In this document: piece by piece, positions 1 to 8,794 of the stretch
Layout of the letters: every line of letters starts with the position of its first letter
Position numbering within the stretch: the first letter of the stretch is position 1
Source: Paramicrosporidium saccamoebae KSL3
Taxonomy: Eukaryota > Fungi > Cryptomycota
Assembly: GCA_002794465.1 (NCBI GenBank)
Contig: MTSL01000054.1
Coordinates: forward strand, 1-24,966
Direction: 5' to 3'
DNA: 24,966 nt
The notes under the pieces: generated by a model
What the model was told of the DNA's origin: nothing
Seen by the model: only the letters and a program-made list of their open reading frames with translations
The model's database searches: none
Program-made: the position numbers and the translations under genes

Positions 1-740
1 GCAATGGTATTCTTTGCTTCTCTTGCGGTACAATCTGGACAGAACCATTTCCCAGGTGGTGGAGCAGAGAGCCCCACACAGGAATAGTGGAACCATTCAA
101 TGTCGCAATCTGGATTATCGCAGCCGATCATCTCTCCAAAAGAAACTTGATTGCAATAGCAATAGGTGGGTTCCTGGGCAGAAAAGGCCTCTTTCCTGGG
201 TCCTGGTGATTTCGCTCCAACAGCAGCCTCTCCTCCTTCCACGACTGGTGCTGGACGGGTGCGTTTCGCTGCGGGCACTTTATCAAAATCTGCTGGACTC
301 TCTGCCAATCTTGGCGGCTCCTCCCGTGACCTCCTTTTTGGCCTCTTCTTCTCCTCCACTGGCTCCGGCTCTTCATCCAATTCTCCATATGTCCGCGCCA
401 GTCGCACTTCCTCTTCAAAGCAACAAATTTCGTCTTCGAGATGCTTCACATGGTGCTTCACCGTCTGATGGAGGTGCTGTGCCAGAGATACTTTCTCGTC
501 GGCTGCGGCAATAACTGAAATGAGCAGTTCCTGGACGGCTTCGAGGTCGGTACGAAGAGGTGCTTTCTTTTTGTCGCGGTAGCTGAGAACAGTACGGACG
601 GCGTCATGAAGAGTCTTGTGGCGTTGCTGCGTCAGGGCCTCTTGCTCACGAAGTTGAGTAAGTAGCCGCTGGGCATCATGCGGTAATGCGACAATAGTGT
701 CCAAAAATTCTTCCAAGTGAGCCAGTCCTCGCTCCGGCAT
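1..740 (-). CDS. ING-family (inhibitor of growth) PHD-finger chromatin protein, 3' end runs off the window
   Basis: Manual translation from ATG 740, open to the window edge. N-terminal ING helical domain (LEEFLDTIVALPHDAQ...ADEKVSLAQ) and C-terminal PHD finger EPTYCYCNQVSFGEMIGCDNPDCDIEWFHYSCVGLSAPPPGKWFCPDC. Absent from the ORF track, probably because it has no stop in the window. Paralogue (YNG2/PHO23/ING3-5) not resolved. Confidence 0.95.
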   Translation of the reverse strand, partial: MPERGLAHLEEFLDTIVALPHDAQRLLTQLREQEALTQQRHKTLHDAVRTVLSYRDKKKAPLRTDLEAVQELLISVIAAADEKVSLAQHLHQTVKHHVKHLEDEICCFEEEVRLARTYGELDEEPEPVEEKKRPKRRSREEPPRLAESPADFDKVPAAKRTRPAPVVEGGEAAVGAKSPGPRKEAFSAQEPTYCYCNQVSFGEMIGCDNPDCDIEWFHYSCVGLSAPPPGKWFCPDCTAREAKNTI

Positions 741-786
741 CTAAACCCAATTAAGCTACTAAAATCAATTTAGTTATTTGCATAAG

Positions 787-1866
787 ATGGTTGGCGAGGC
801 GTCTTCAGAAAAGATTATCACGTTGCAAGAGTATCTTGAAGAAGAGGCAGAACTCGAAAAGGAAGCTGCAGAAGCATTTCCAGGAAAATTTGACGAATGC
901 ACCTTTGGCCATGGATACATTCGACAGCCGCTGTATGCTTGTAGGACTTGCGTGAAGGATGGAGAAGCGAGGGCGGCAATTTGTTATTCATGTAGCGTCG
1001 TCTGTCATCCGAAATGCGAGCTGATTGAACTGTCCGCTAGACGCCACTTTCGCTGTGACTGCGGCAATCCGCTCTTTAGCTCGGCATGTGGATTGCAGAA
1101 AAAAGACGAGCTGAATGAGGAGAATCAGTATGATGGCAAGGCAGGCCAAAATTTCTTTGGAAGATTCTGCTCCTGTAATGTCTTTTTTGATGCCACTGTT
1201 GAGCAGTCTGACATGCTGCAATGCCTGGTCTGTGAGGATTGGTATCATGAGGATTGCATTGGAAAGACGCCACCCGTCGAGGCGTTCGATAGTATGATTT
1301 GTGCAGGATGCGTGGTTGAAAAATCGTTTTTGGAAGCACTATGTCAATCAAAGCATGTCATTAGAGCATCCGAATACAAAGATGTTGATATAGAGACGGA
1401 GGAAGATGGTCAAAGATCCCCAAAGCAGGCTAAGCTAATGCAACCTAAATGTGAAACTAAAATGTATGCATCTAACTATGTAGGCTGTTTTGCAGTAAAG
1501 GTACCTACTCAGCAAGAGTCCATATTTCTCGCCGATGGATGGAAAGCGGATCTGTGCCAGTGTGAGGCCTGTAAGGAGATGACTACCAAGGCAAAATTGG
1601 ACTATTTGTACACCAGTGACGACATTCATGTTCCTGAGCCAGATGACGAGGCCACCCTTCCATCTTACAGGGTGGGACAAATGTTACTAGAGAAGCATGT
1701 AAATAGACAAGTTGCCATTGATGGCATCAAAGCTGTGGAGAATTTGCGCCATAAACTGCTTGATTTTCTGAAGCCATTTGAAGAGGGAAACAAAGTGGTC
1801 ACCAAGGAAGACATTGAACTCTTTTTTGGAGAATCAAAGCTCGGAGAGTCTAGATTGCAAGAATAG
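787..1866 (+). CDS. UBR7: UBR7-like E3 ligase (UBR box + PHD finger), 359 aa
   Basis: TLQEYLEEEAELE...CTFGHGYIRQPLYACRTC...CYSCSVVCH...RHFRCDCG (UBR zinc finger); FFGRFCSC...MLQCLVCEDWYHEDC (PHD). First ATG is at 787; the track starts at TTG 778. Confidence 0.93.
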   Translation: MVGEASSEKIITLQEYLEEEAELEKEAAEAFPGKFDECTFGHGYIRQPLYACRTCVKDGEARAAICYSCSVVCHPKCELIELSARRHFRCDCGNPLFSSACGLQKKDELNEENQYDGKAGQNFFGRFCSCNVFFDATVEQSDMLQCLVCEDWYHEDCIGKTPPVEAFDSMICAGCVVEKSFLEALCQSKHVIRASEYKDVDIETEEDGQRSPKQAKLMQPKCETKMYASNYVGCFAVKVPTQQESIFLADGWKADLCQCEACKEMTTKAKLDYLYTSDDIHVPEPDDEATLPSYRVGQMLLEKHVNRQVAIDGIKAVENLRHKLLDFLKPFEEGNKVVTKEDIELFFGESKLGESRLQE

Positions 1867-1938
1867 CAAAGCGACATTGGTATTGAGTTTTTTTTGAATA
1901 ATCAAAACTCGGAGCGTTGGATTGCAAAAATGACAAAC
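1813..1938. repeat. Imperfect direct duplication (about 58 bp) of the UBR7 3' end
   Basis: 1813-1870 attgaactcttttttggagaatcaaagctcggagagtctagattgcaagaatagcaaa vs 1882-1938 attgagtttttttttgaataatcaaaactcggagcgttggattgcaaaaatgacaaa. Confidence 0.8.
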
Positions 1939-2009
1939 ATTTGCACTTTAAATTCAATTGTAAATAAATCCCACAAACTTCTCTCGGTCCCGGAGAGGGC
2001 CCTTGATAA

Positions 2010-2240
2010 GCCCGGGAGCACCCTTGTCGGTGCTGTGAGGGAAAGCTGCTTACAGAGGTCCCGTGTTTGCATTCTCATGGAAACTTCTGGGGAAAGTCTC
2101 CGGACCCGTTCGCAGAAATGCGCCCTTTAGACGGAGTATCTGGTCCATGGACCGTCGCTCGTCATAGTCATAGTTATGCAGCTGCCCCGACACTATATAG
2201 TGTTCGGGGTCACCCAACGGAGCTTACTCCCGAGCAGTGT
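2010..2240 (+). ncRNA. RMRP: RNase MRP RNA (ends approximate)
   Basis: CR-I GGGGAAAGTCTCCGGACC (2089-2106) and CR-V ACCCAACGGAGCTTAC (2212-2227) form the P4 pseudoknot: CTCCG 2098-2102 with CGGAG 2218-2222, AAG with CTT, bulged T2097. P1 CGGGAG 2013-18/CTCCCG 2227-32; P2 GCTGC 2045-49/GCAGC 2178-82; P3 CAGAGGT 2053-59/ACTTCTG 2083-89; P8 CGCA-GAAA-TGCG 2111-22; MRP-type ANAGNNA (ATAGTTA 2170-76); P19 hairpin 2185-2209; TTTT at 2240-43. Confidence 0.85.
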
Positions 2241-2277
2241 TTTGTTAACACGAATTGCTAACATGGATTTTATTCAA

Positions 2278-4143
2278 TTATAAAAGTCCCAAAGTTCGAT
2301 GGTTGTATTTGCTTATCAGTTTACGGAATTCGGGTGCCGTCTTCCGGATATTCTCAAGCAGCTTCAGGATGGAATCGGCGTCCTTGGTAAGAAACTCTTT
2401 AACGGTGCGCTCCATGAGAATCTCGAAAATTGGCTTCCGGCCTCTTTTCATTGCATAGCCAAGGAGATGCTTGCAGTCATCTAGAGTAAGTATGTTGCCA
2501 TCCATGCCAGCATCCATTTGGTCTGTCAGGTCGACACGGTTGTCATTGTCAATGTATTTGGCGAGCACCTCGACCAGTGCGCTTGCTTTTGTTTCTTCTC
2601 CTGTCATTACCCGATCGGTGAGAATATCCGCCTGGCTTGGTCCAAGCATCAGTATACGATGTTTCGGTCTGGATAATCCATTCTCCATGGTCACTTGAGG
2701 CCACATTCGTTTCCGTTGGCAGTGGCGCTTCAGTGACTCATTGACGACAGCATCGACCGTAGCATTTGGCATAGAAGTAACGACATTGGCGACCAACACG
2801 TCGTCACGATCAACTGAAAATATGCGCTCTAGAACCAGGCTGGCAGCTAGGACGACATCTGCCTCGCTTTGGGGCTTCAGGTTGTCGACGCGTATGGAAT
2901 CGGTAGTGATGACAATGTCTGCACAGCGATGATCGACTTTGGTCTTTCCCAAGGCTTGAATTGAATGCTGCACAAAGCGCACGGCACGACAAGTTTCTTC
3001 ATTGAGCTTATAGCGATCTGACTGAAGGATGGAGTATATTTTGGGCGAACATTGCTCTGCAGCCCCTCGTATCAGTTCTTGCCCCGAGTAGGCATTTCCA
3101 TCCGCCCGCAAGACTCTCATGACCCGGTAATAATCTTTTTTGAGGATCAGGTCTAATTGGCCTGCTGAAATGTCCTGTACCCATCTAACAATGGTTCTTA
3201 CTTCCATGCTGCGGTCATCATATGCCAACTTTGCCATGAATTCATCAAGATAAAATTCTAAACTTCCAAGTGCCTCCTTGGTCCGTTTTACTTTGAACTT
3301 GCTCCTCAATCCATGGGTTCGCTCTGGATCCCTGAGGATGTAGTAAATGACTAGGTTCTCTAGGAAAATGAGCTGTTGCCGAATATGCGTCGGCTGCGAT
3401 TTGTTGGGCCTGGGAACCTCCATAAGTTCCAACACGTGATTGTGCTCTGTGGTAGGAAAGGCATTCAGGAAGACTTTCAAGTAGGCCTGAAATTCATCCC
3501 GGGGAAACGCAACTACCTTGCTCATAAACTCATGAGCCCACCATTCCGGTCCCATTACGGAAGGATCCTCTCCCACAGCATCCCTCACATAAGTGACTGG
3601 TAAGTCAGATCGTATCAGTTGTGCTGCGAATAACTGTCGAATGGATTTGTTCATTTTCAAGTACCTGGCGAGTTGGCTAATGACGAGATTGAGCATCTCA
3701 TAGCGTTCCTTTTCGAGAATGGTTGACAGCAATATGATCACATCCATCTGGTGCTCTTTCAATGATTGTTCTTGTTGTTTGATCCAATACAAAAGATTCA
3801 TTGTTTGTCCATTTGTTACCATCTCCTTTGCTCGATCGAGTTGTCTCTTTCGCTCCCAATTCATCCTTACCTTCTTAATCCCCCTCATAATGGCCGAGGA
3901 GAGAGTCACACCCGCAGACATAACGTGGCCATGGAAAATGGGTGCCACCATGCCTCCGATCGTCTTGGCCTTGCCGAGAGCAAACATCCCAGCAGCCATT
4001 TGGTCCTGGGCGAGATTATATTCTACCTGAACTCCCATATTCACGAGATTCTTGCCTATGGTGTATCCCAACGACACTATCTGAAAGACTGCTATGGCAT
4101 TTAAGCCAAGGAAGAGACTGCAGAATGCTATCCAGCACTTCAT
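2278..4143 (-). CDS. Orphan predicted secreted alpha-helical protein, paralogue A (621 aa)
   Basis: Long uninterrupted ORF. First ATG at 4143 gives the signal-peptide-like MKCWIAFCSLFLGLNAIA|V. Shares ordered motifs with the two neighbouring ORFs. Ankyrin-like segment near the C-terminus (LLGYAMKRGRKPIFEILM). Confidence 0.82.
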   Translation of the reverse strand: MKCWIAFCSLFLGLNAIAVFQIVSLGYTIGKNLVNMGVQVEYNLAQDQMAAGMFALGKAKTIGGMVAPIFHGHVMSAGVTLSSAIMRGIKKVRMNWERKRQLDRAKEMVTNGQTMNLLYWIKQQEQSLKEHQMDVIILLSTILEKERYEMLNLVISQLARYLKMNKSIRQLFAAQLIRSDLPVTYVRDAVGEDPSVMGPEWWAHEFMSKVVAFPRDEFQAYLKVFLNAFPTTEHNHVLELMEVPRPNKSQPTHIRQQLIFLENLVIYYILRDPERTHGLRSKFKVKRTKEALGSLEFYLDEFMAKLAYDDRSMEVRTIVRWVQDISAGQLDLILKKDYYRVMRVLRADGNAYSGQELIRGAAEQCSPKIYSILQSDRYKLNEETCRAVRFVQHSIQALGKTKVDHRCADIVITTDSIRVDNLKPQSEADVVLAASLVLERIFSVDRDDVLVANVVTSMPNATVDAVVNESLKRHCQRKRMWPQVTMENGLSRPKHRILMLGPSQADILTDRVMTGEETKASALVEVLAKYIDNDNRVDLTDQMDAGMDGNILTLDDCKHLLGYAMKRGRKPIFEILMERTVKEFLTKDADSILKLLENIRKTAPEFRKLISKYNHRTLGLL

Positions 4144-4198
4144 GATCGTGCGGCCAATCACAGTAATCTTGGTAAACAATCTTTATAAATTATAGACA

Positions 4199-5974
4199 TT
4201 ATGGAAAAAAATTAATAATGCTCGACTTGTTCTTGTACTCTTTCTTCATCGATTTCAATGGTTTGGCCTCTCGCTTTGCATATTGTGCGCTGCCGACTGT
4301 TGCTAAATAGTACGGATCATTGATATGGCCACATTGTCTTTTCACCATCTTGTTGACTGTTGCTAGCACTGAAGATTCGGCCTTTTTTTCCTCAACTGCC
4401 ATGTGTATCGGTACTTCAAATAGCATATTAGCTATTACCAAGGCTAGCATGCGAATTTCATTGCCTTGCAGCTTAGATGGAAGAAATGACAAGTTGACGG
4501 GGTGATTTACGACATGGCTAAAGCCACCAACTTTTGGGTAGAGGTCATCTCGACAGAGCAGCTTAATCTGCGGCTTGGTGTGACGGAATGTCATAAAGGC
4601 GTTAAAAACTAGGTTTTTTGTACGCGATGCACCGTCTCGGTTGTCGATTTTGGGCTCTAATTTGTGCAAGGGCTTTGTAGCGGGAATGTGTGCGTGCTGG
4701 AGGGCAGCCAGCATGGACAACTCGGTGCCATGTTTGATGGCAAATGACACCAAATGTATGCCTTGGAGTTTAGAATGTGCGCTACCTGTCGGGGGGAAGC
4801 GTGCTACAAGGGCGGTTAGTCCGTATAATCCCTCTTTGACAATATTCTCAATGGCCGCATCGGTTGGAAGCAAAATATCTACAAGGAAACGACACCGCTC
4901 CTCAAACTTGGCAATTCCTGTTTCGCCCTTTTGCAACTTGTCAATTACCCCGAGATGGGCCAGGTAATAATTGAGGATCAGATAAGTACCATCATTAACG
5001 GGATAGTTGGGATCCGCCGCCAAGGTTTGGATAAAGTTGGTCATAGATAGGCGAGGGTCAGCGTGGTGGAATATTCCAACCACCTCGGCCAGTTGCAGAA
5101 CAATATCTGTGGGCTTGGAAAATACCCATCCGATCCCAGATTTTATAATGCTTCCCTGTCCATAGAGGTACTCGGGAAAGTACTTGATCAAGAGTTCATA
5201 GTACTCCATGAATTTGGGCATTGGAATCTTTTCAATCATCAACTTTAGGGCCCTTTGTGGCCAGTCGCATTTTTGCAACTCTCGTCTCGTCCGTATCACA
5301 AACTCCTCCAGGACAAATGGTGGAATTTGCAAATCTATCAGTTCCGAGGCTGCCACACAAAGACTTCCTCGATGATGTCTTACAAGGGCCTGAAACATTT
5401 CAACCAGGACCTCCTTTGTCGCTGTCGGGTTATAAGTGAGGACTTTGATGGTTAGAGCGGCAACCATTCCAGGAGGAAAGACATAGTAAGCAAGCGCAGT
5501 TCCAAAATAGCGAGTGCACGATAAGAACTTTTCATTGGTGAGCATCATCACCAAAATGTCATTCAGAGGCGAAGGTACCCCCCAGCTTGTGAGCATACTC
5601 AGCACTGGGATCCTTGCATTCTTTTGGTACGAATCTGCGACCTGATTCGTCAGGGCTGCTCCGCCCGGGATTGCGTCCACTACGGTGGCCACGTGCGGCA
5701 CCCATGTCTCCTCGCGTCTTTCGTTCATTATATGGCTATCAAGACAATCAGAAAAGGTTTCGCCGAGAAAATAGCGTGCCTGGGCAATTCGAGACTTGTG
5801 CACGGCCAGCTCCGTGACCTGTTCCAAGACAAGATTTGCAGCAGTGGCCGGATAATCCACCACGTTCCATACATATGTTCCGGCTTGCCATACTCTATCA
5901 AAATATGATGAATCGGCTGCAAATGCTCCCTGCCATAACAGCAACCAGAGAAGAGTCAGGTGCTTCACCATCAT
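4199..5974 (-). CDS. Orphan predicted secreted alpha-helical protein, paralogue B (591 aa)
   Basis: Long ORF; signal-peptide-like MMVKHLTLLWLLLWQGAFA|A; ankyrin-like LVSFAIKHGTELSMLAALQ; lysine-rich C-terminal tail. Confidence 0.85.
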   Translation of the reverse strand: MMVKHLTLLWLLLWQGAFAADSSYFDRVWQAGTYVWNVVDYPATAANLVLEQVTELAVHKSRIAQARYFLGETFSDCLDSHIMNERREETWVPHVATVVDAIPGGAALTNQVADSYQKNARIPVLSMLTSWGVPSPLNDILVMMLTNEKFLSCTRYFGTALAYYVFPPGMVAALTIKVLTYNPTATKEVLVEMFQALVRHHRGSLCVAASELIDLQIPPFVLEEFVIRTRRELQKCDWPQRALKLMIEKIPMPKFMEYYELLIKYFPEYLYGQGSIIKSGIGWVFSKPTDIVLQLAEVVGIFHHADPRLSMTNFIQTLAADPNYPVNDGTYLILNYYLAHLGVIDKLQKGETGIAKFEERCRFLVDILLPTDAAIENIVKEGLYGLTALVARFPPTGSAHSKLQGIHLVSFAIKHGTELSMLAALQHAHIPATKPLHKLEPKIDNRDGASRTKNLVFNAFMTFRHTKPQIKLLCRDDLYPKVGGFSHVVNHPVNLSFLPSKLQGNEIRMLALVIANMLFEVPIHMAVEEKKAESSVLATVNKMVKRQCGHINDPYYLATVGSAQYAKREAKPLKSMKKEYKNKSSIINFFP

Positions 5975-6015
5975 GGCCGCAAGGGATAAACAGTCACTCT
6001 CATTGGCCAGATTTA

Positions 6016-7653
6016 TTATAGTTCTATTCGGTTTATAAAGTTGGAGCGGTCGTAATTCCTAAGGTACCATTTAGGGAGAGGCAAGGTTTGTTTGGGAATA
6101 AACTCTACAGTGGGTCTCAAGTCGCTCTTAGTGCAATGCTGCAGGAGTGATGCGTTGATCCAGTCCGTAAAGGTTAGCATCTTTGGGAGCAGTTCTACTG
6201 ACTTGACGACAGACCTCGGGATTAAAAGGGCAACTTCAAGAAACGCATAAATTAACTCGTACACGTCCTCATGGTGGGGAAATTCGTTGGTCACCCAATC
6301 GACATTTACGACAATACTGCGCTTGGGTTCGCCAAATCCACCGCAGGGAAAGCCATAAAGCTCATTCATGGCACGGCGCATCTCGGGTAGTAAACGGACA
6401 ATTCCCTTTTTGATACGAACTGTACTCTCCCGCTGCATTGGTGTCAGTTCAGGGAATCGCGAGATACCCACAGCATCCGCCAGTTGTGGCGCATTGTCAA
6501 TTTCATTGAAAGACAATATTGTGGCTAGCATTGCCGGTGTACCGTGTCGGATGACTAATTCAAAGTCAGTGCCCGCTCCTGAGAGCATATCCAGATCCTG
6601 TGCCATCCATGCAATATTATACGCATCAGACTCCACAAGCTCCTTCCAGCCGTTTCTGCGCTTCAGCAAACTGGAACATAGCCACTTTGCTGATTCTAAA
6701 TTTTCTCCTGAGAGCACCGTTGAAAAATACTTGGAGCCGCCAAGAAACCAGTCGACGACACGCATGTTCTGCCGCAATGACAGATTGGCATCTCGCTGCA
6801 CTCTCTTTATCTCGCTAGGCAGTGCAGCGTATTTATTTGCATCATTGAACACGTTGTGGAGATTTCGCAAATTCCAAAAAAGAATCTTGTAGGGCTTTGC
6901 CTCGTTAAACTCTGGCTGCAATTTGCGCATTTGCGCATAATAGACATCTAGGAGTGCCCTAAAATACCCGAGAAATCGGTCAAATCTTTTGAATGTGGCC
7001 ATCTTGACGAACAATTCTTCTATGACATCTGATGGCAAGGCTTTTGTGTAGAGCTGGAGGAAATTTAGAAGCACTTCAGGGGGAGTACATTCCTGCGTCA
7101 CCCCCACCACAAGCGCTCTCAAGTGTCCACTTTTGAACTTTAGAAACGGATCCTTAAAGTTATTCATTACTTCGACACACATGTCAACGCTAAAGTCAGC
7201 GGACCACCTTAGAAGATAGGCGCCCAGTTGTGGATAGACTGTCCGCAATGCTGCCGACTTGACAATCGCACGAAGTGGAGCGGCGCCGAACAATTGAAAG
7301 GACATGAGCAAGCCTGTGTTAATTGGTCCCGGCAGCGGGAGCGTTGAGACAAGAAATGCCATGGAAGAATCCAGAGAATTGTTGATAATAAAGTCTAGGG
7401 CTGACTTGGTATACTCGTAGACTTGGTCACCCGCAAGCTTCTCAAGTTTATGATTGCGATTGTTAAGTAGATCAAAGGGTGTGAATGGTGGATAGCGCGG
7501 CCGTAGCAATTCTATCATGTAGTATTCCATCTCGTCTGCGTTAGAGGAGATGGCCGATAGCACATATGACTTGACTGGTGACATTAGTCCTCCTTCATCG
7601 ACGCTTCCCCAAATCAGAGGAAGCACCAGAACAACGAACACCACCTTCCTCAT
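6016..7653 (-). CDS. Orphan predicted secreted alpha-helical protein, paralogue C (545 aa)
   Basis: Long ORF; signal-peptide-like MRKVVFVVLVLPLIWG|S; FELVIRHGTPAMLATILS and WINASLLQHC match motifs in paralogues A and B. Confidence 0.85.
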   Translation of the reverse strand: MRKVVFVVLVLPLIWGSVDEGGLMSPVKSYVLSAISSNADEMEYYMIELLRPRYPPFTPFDLLNNRNHKLEKLAGDQVYEYTKSALDFIINNSLDSSMAFLVSTLPLPGPINTGLLMSFQLFGAAPLRAIVKSAALRTVYPQLGAYLLRWSADFSVDMCVEVMNNFKDPFLKFKSGHLRALVVGVTQECTPPEVLLNFLQLYTKALPSDVIEELFVKMATFKRFDRFLGYFRALLDVYYAQMRKLQPEFNEAKPYKILFWNLRNLHNVFNDANKYAALPSEIKRVQRDANLSLRQNMRVVDWFLGGSKYFSTVLSGENLESAKWLCSSLLKRRNGWKELVESDAYNIAWMAQDLDMLSGAGTDFELVIRHGTPAMLATILSFNEIDNAPQLADAVGISRFPELTPMQRESTVRIKKGIVRLLPEMRRAMNELYGFPCGGFGEPKRSIVVNVDWVTNEFPHHEDVYELIYAFLEVALLIPRSVVKSVELLPKMLTFTDWINASLLQHCTKSDLRPTVEFIPKQTLPLPKWYLRNYDRSNFINRIEL

Positions 7654-7728
7654 TCGCCAATGTGCAATGATTGGTCAATCGCGTAAATAAAGACCCTTGG
7701 CGTGATTCGCTTAATACAGTGCATTTTA

Positions 7729-8282
7729 TTAGTCTCGATGTGGGCGATTCTCTTGCTGCAAGTAGTAAGCAAGAGTGAGCAGGGTGACCAATGCATCGCC
7801 TACAAAGATGGGCACCATGCCAGCCAGTGACCATCTCGCATTCCTCCAAAACTTGACAGTAAACCAGACCTGGCTCAGGCTTGCCTATAATGTTAAGGAT
7901 GCAAAGCTTCCGATACTGCAGCCAAGACCAAGGCACTGCGCTTCCTACCATCCACGTCTGTTGCGGGTAGGAGCAATCCCTGAAGTGCCAGTATTGCGTA
8001 GCCAATGTTGAGGCCCCCCAGATACTGCAGTATCTCTGCCGAAGTAAAGGTAATGGGCCGGATGTGAGTGACGGCGCGCAACGTGCTAAAGGGCGTCATG
8101 ACAAAGTATCTAACAGCGAGAGAGTGCCAGATAAAGGCGCTAGTAAAGACGACCCGGTGTGGGGTCGGCGAATAATTAGACAATGCTGTCAGAAAGCGCC
8201 GAAAAATGCCTAGACTTGGACTGGGTATGGTGGGAGTTATAGGAGTTAGGGTTATAGGCGTTGTAGGCGTTATAGGTTGCAT
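7729..8282 (-). CDS. Unknown small multi-pass membrane protein, 173 aa; join(7917..8282, 7729..7884)
   Basis: The track ORF stops inside a 32-nt GTA...TAG intron (7885-7916). Splicing (phase 0) continues ASLSQVWFTVKFWRNARWSLAGMVPIFVGDALVTLLTLAYYLQQENRPHRD*. About four hydrophobic segments; N-terminal P/T/I repeat. Confidence 0.72.
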
Positions 8283-8794
8283 GCCCTCAGTGTTGGCAGT
8301 AAAGTTATAAACATCTTTTCATATCATTTTTTTGCCAACATGACAATTTGGCCGGCGGTGTCATGTGAAAGGGTAGAGTTATGGACAGAGATAAGTTATC
8401 TCTCAATTAATCGTCTTTGTGTTGTGGGGTGAGGGTATGAGTATGACGATGGTATCAATGTAATTTGTTTGCGAGCGACAAAACTGTTTATTACCAGCTT
8501 ATCATCCGCATAGTGCCCATATTCTAAAATACGGACACATTGGAGTGTTCATCGCTCCCTTTATCGCCTCTGGCTCTTTTTTCATGTTTGGCTCATCACA
8601 TACCACCCAGCTGCTAATTCACAACCCTTCGACTATGCTTTGCTGGTCAGGTAAACGAAAATTATTTATCCGTGCAGTGGCGCTCAACTAAAGCACATGT
8701 ACAAATTTTCTTCGGTATTCAAAAATGTAAAGTTAGGTACAAATCTGGTAAATTAAGGACAACAAGCCCGCCCTCAGCCGTTAATTACGACGCC

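Noticed and set aside
14-514. Plus-strand ORFs 14..514 and 166..468, and minus ORF 128..418
   Set aside because: Shadow frames of the ING gene.
2010-2240. RNase P RNA identity
   Set aside because: ANAGNNA CR-IV, a P8-type hairpin directly after CR-I and no clear CR-II/CR-III S-domain fit MRP better; not fully excluded without cmsearch.
1894-2261. Track ORFs 1894..2130 and 2067..2261
   Set aside because: Non-ATG starts, no recognisable protein, and they overlap the structured RNase MRP RNA.
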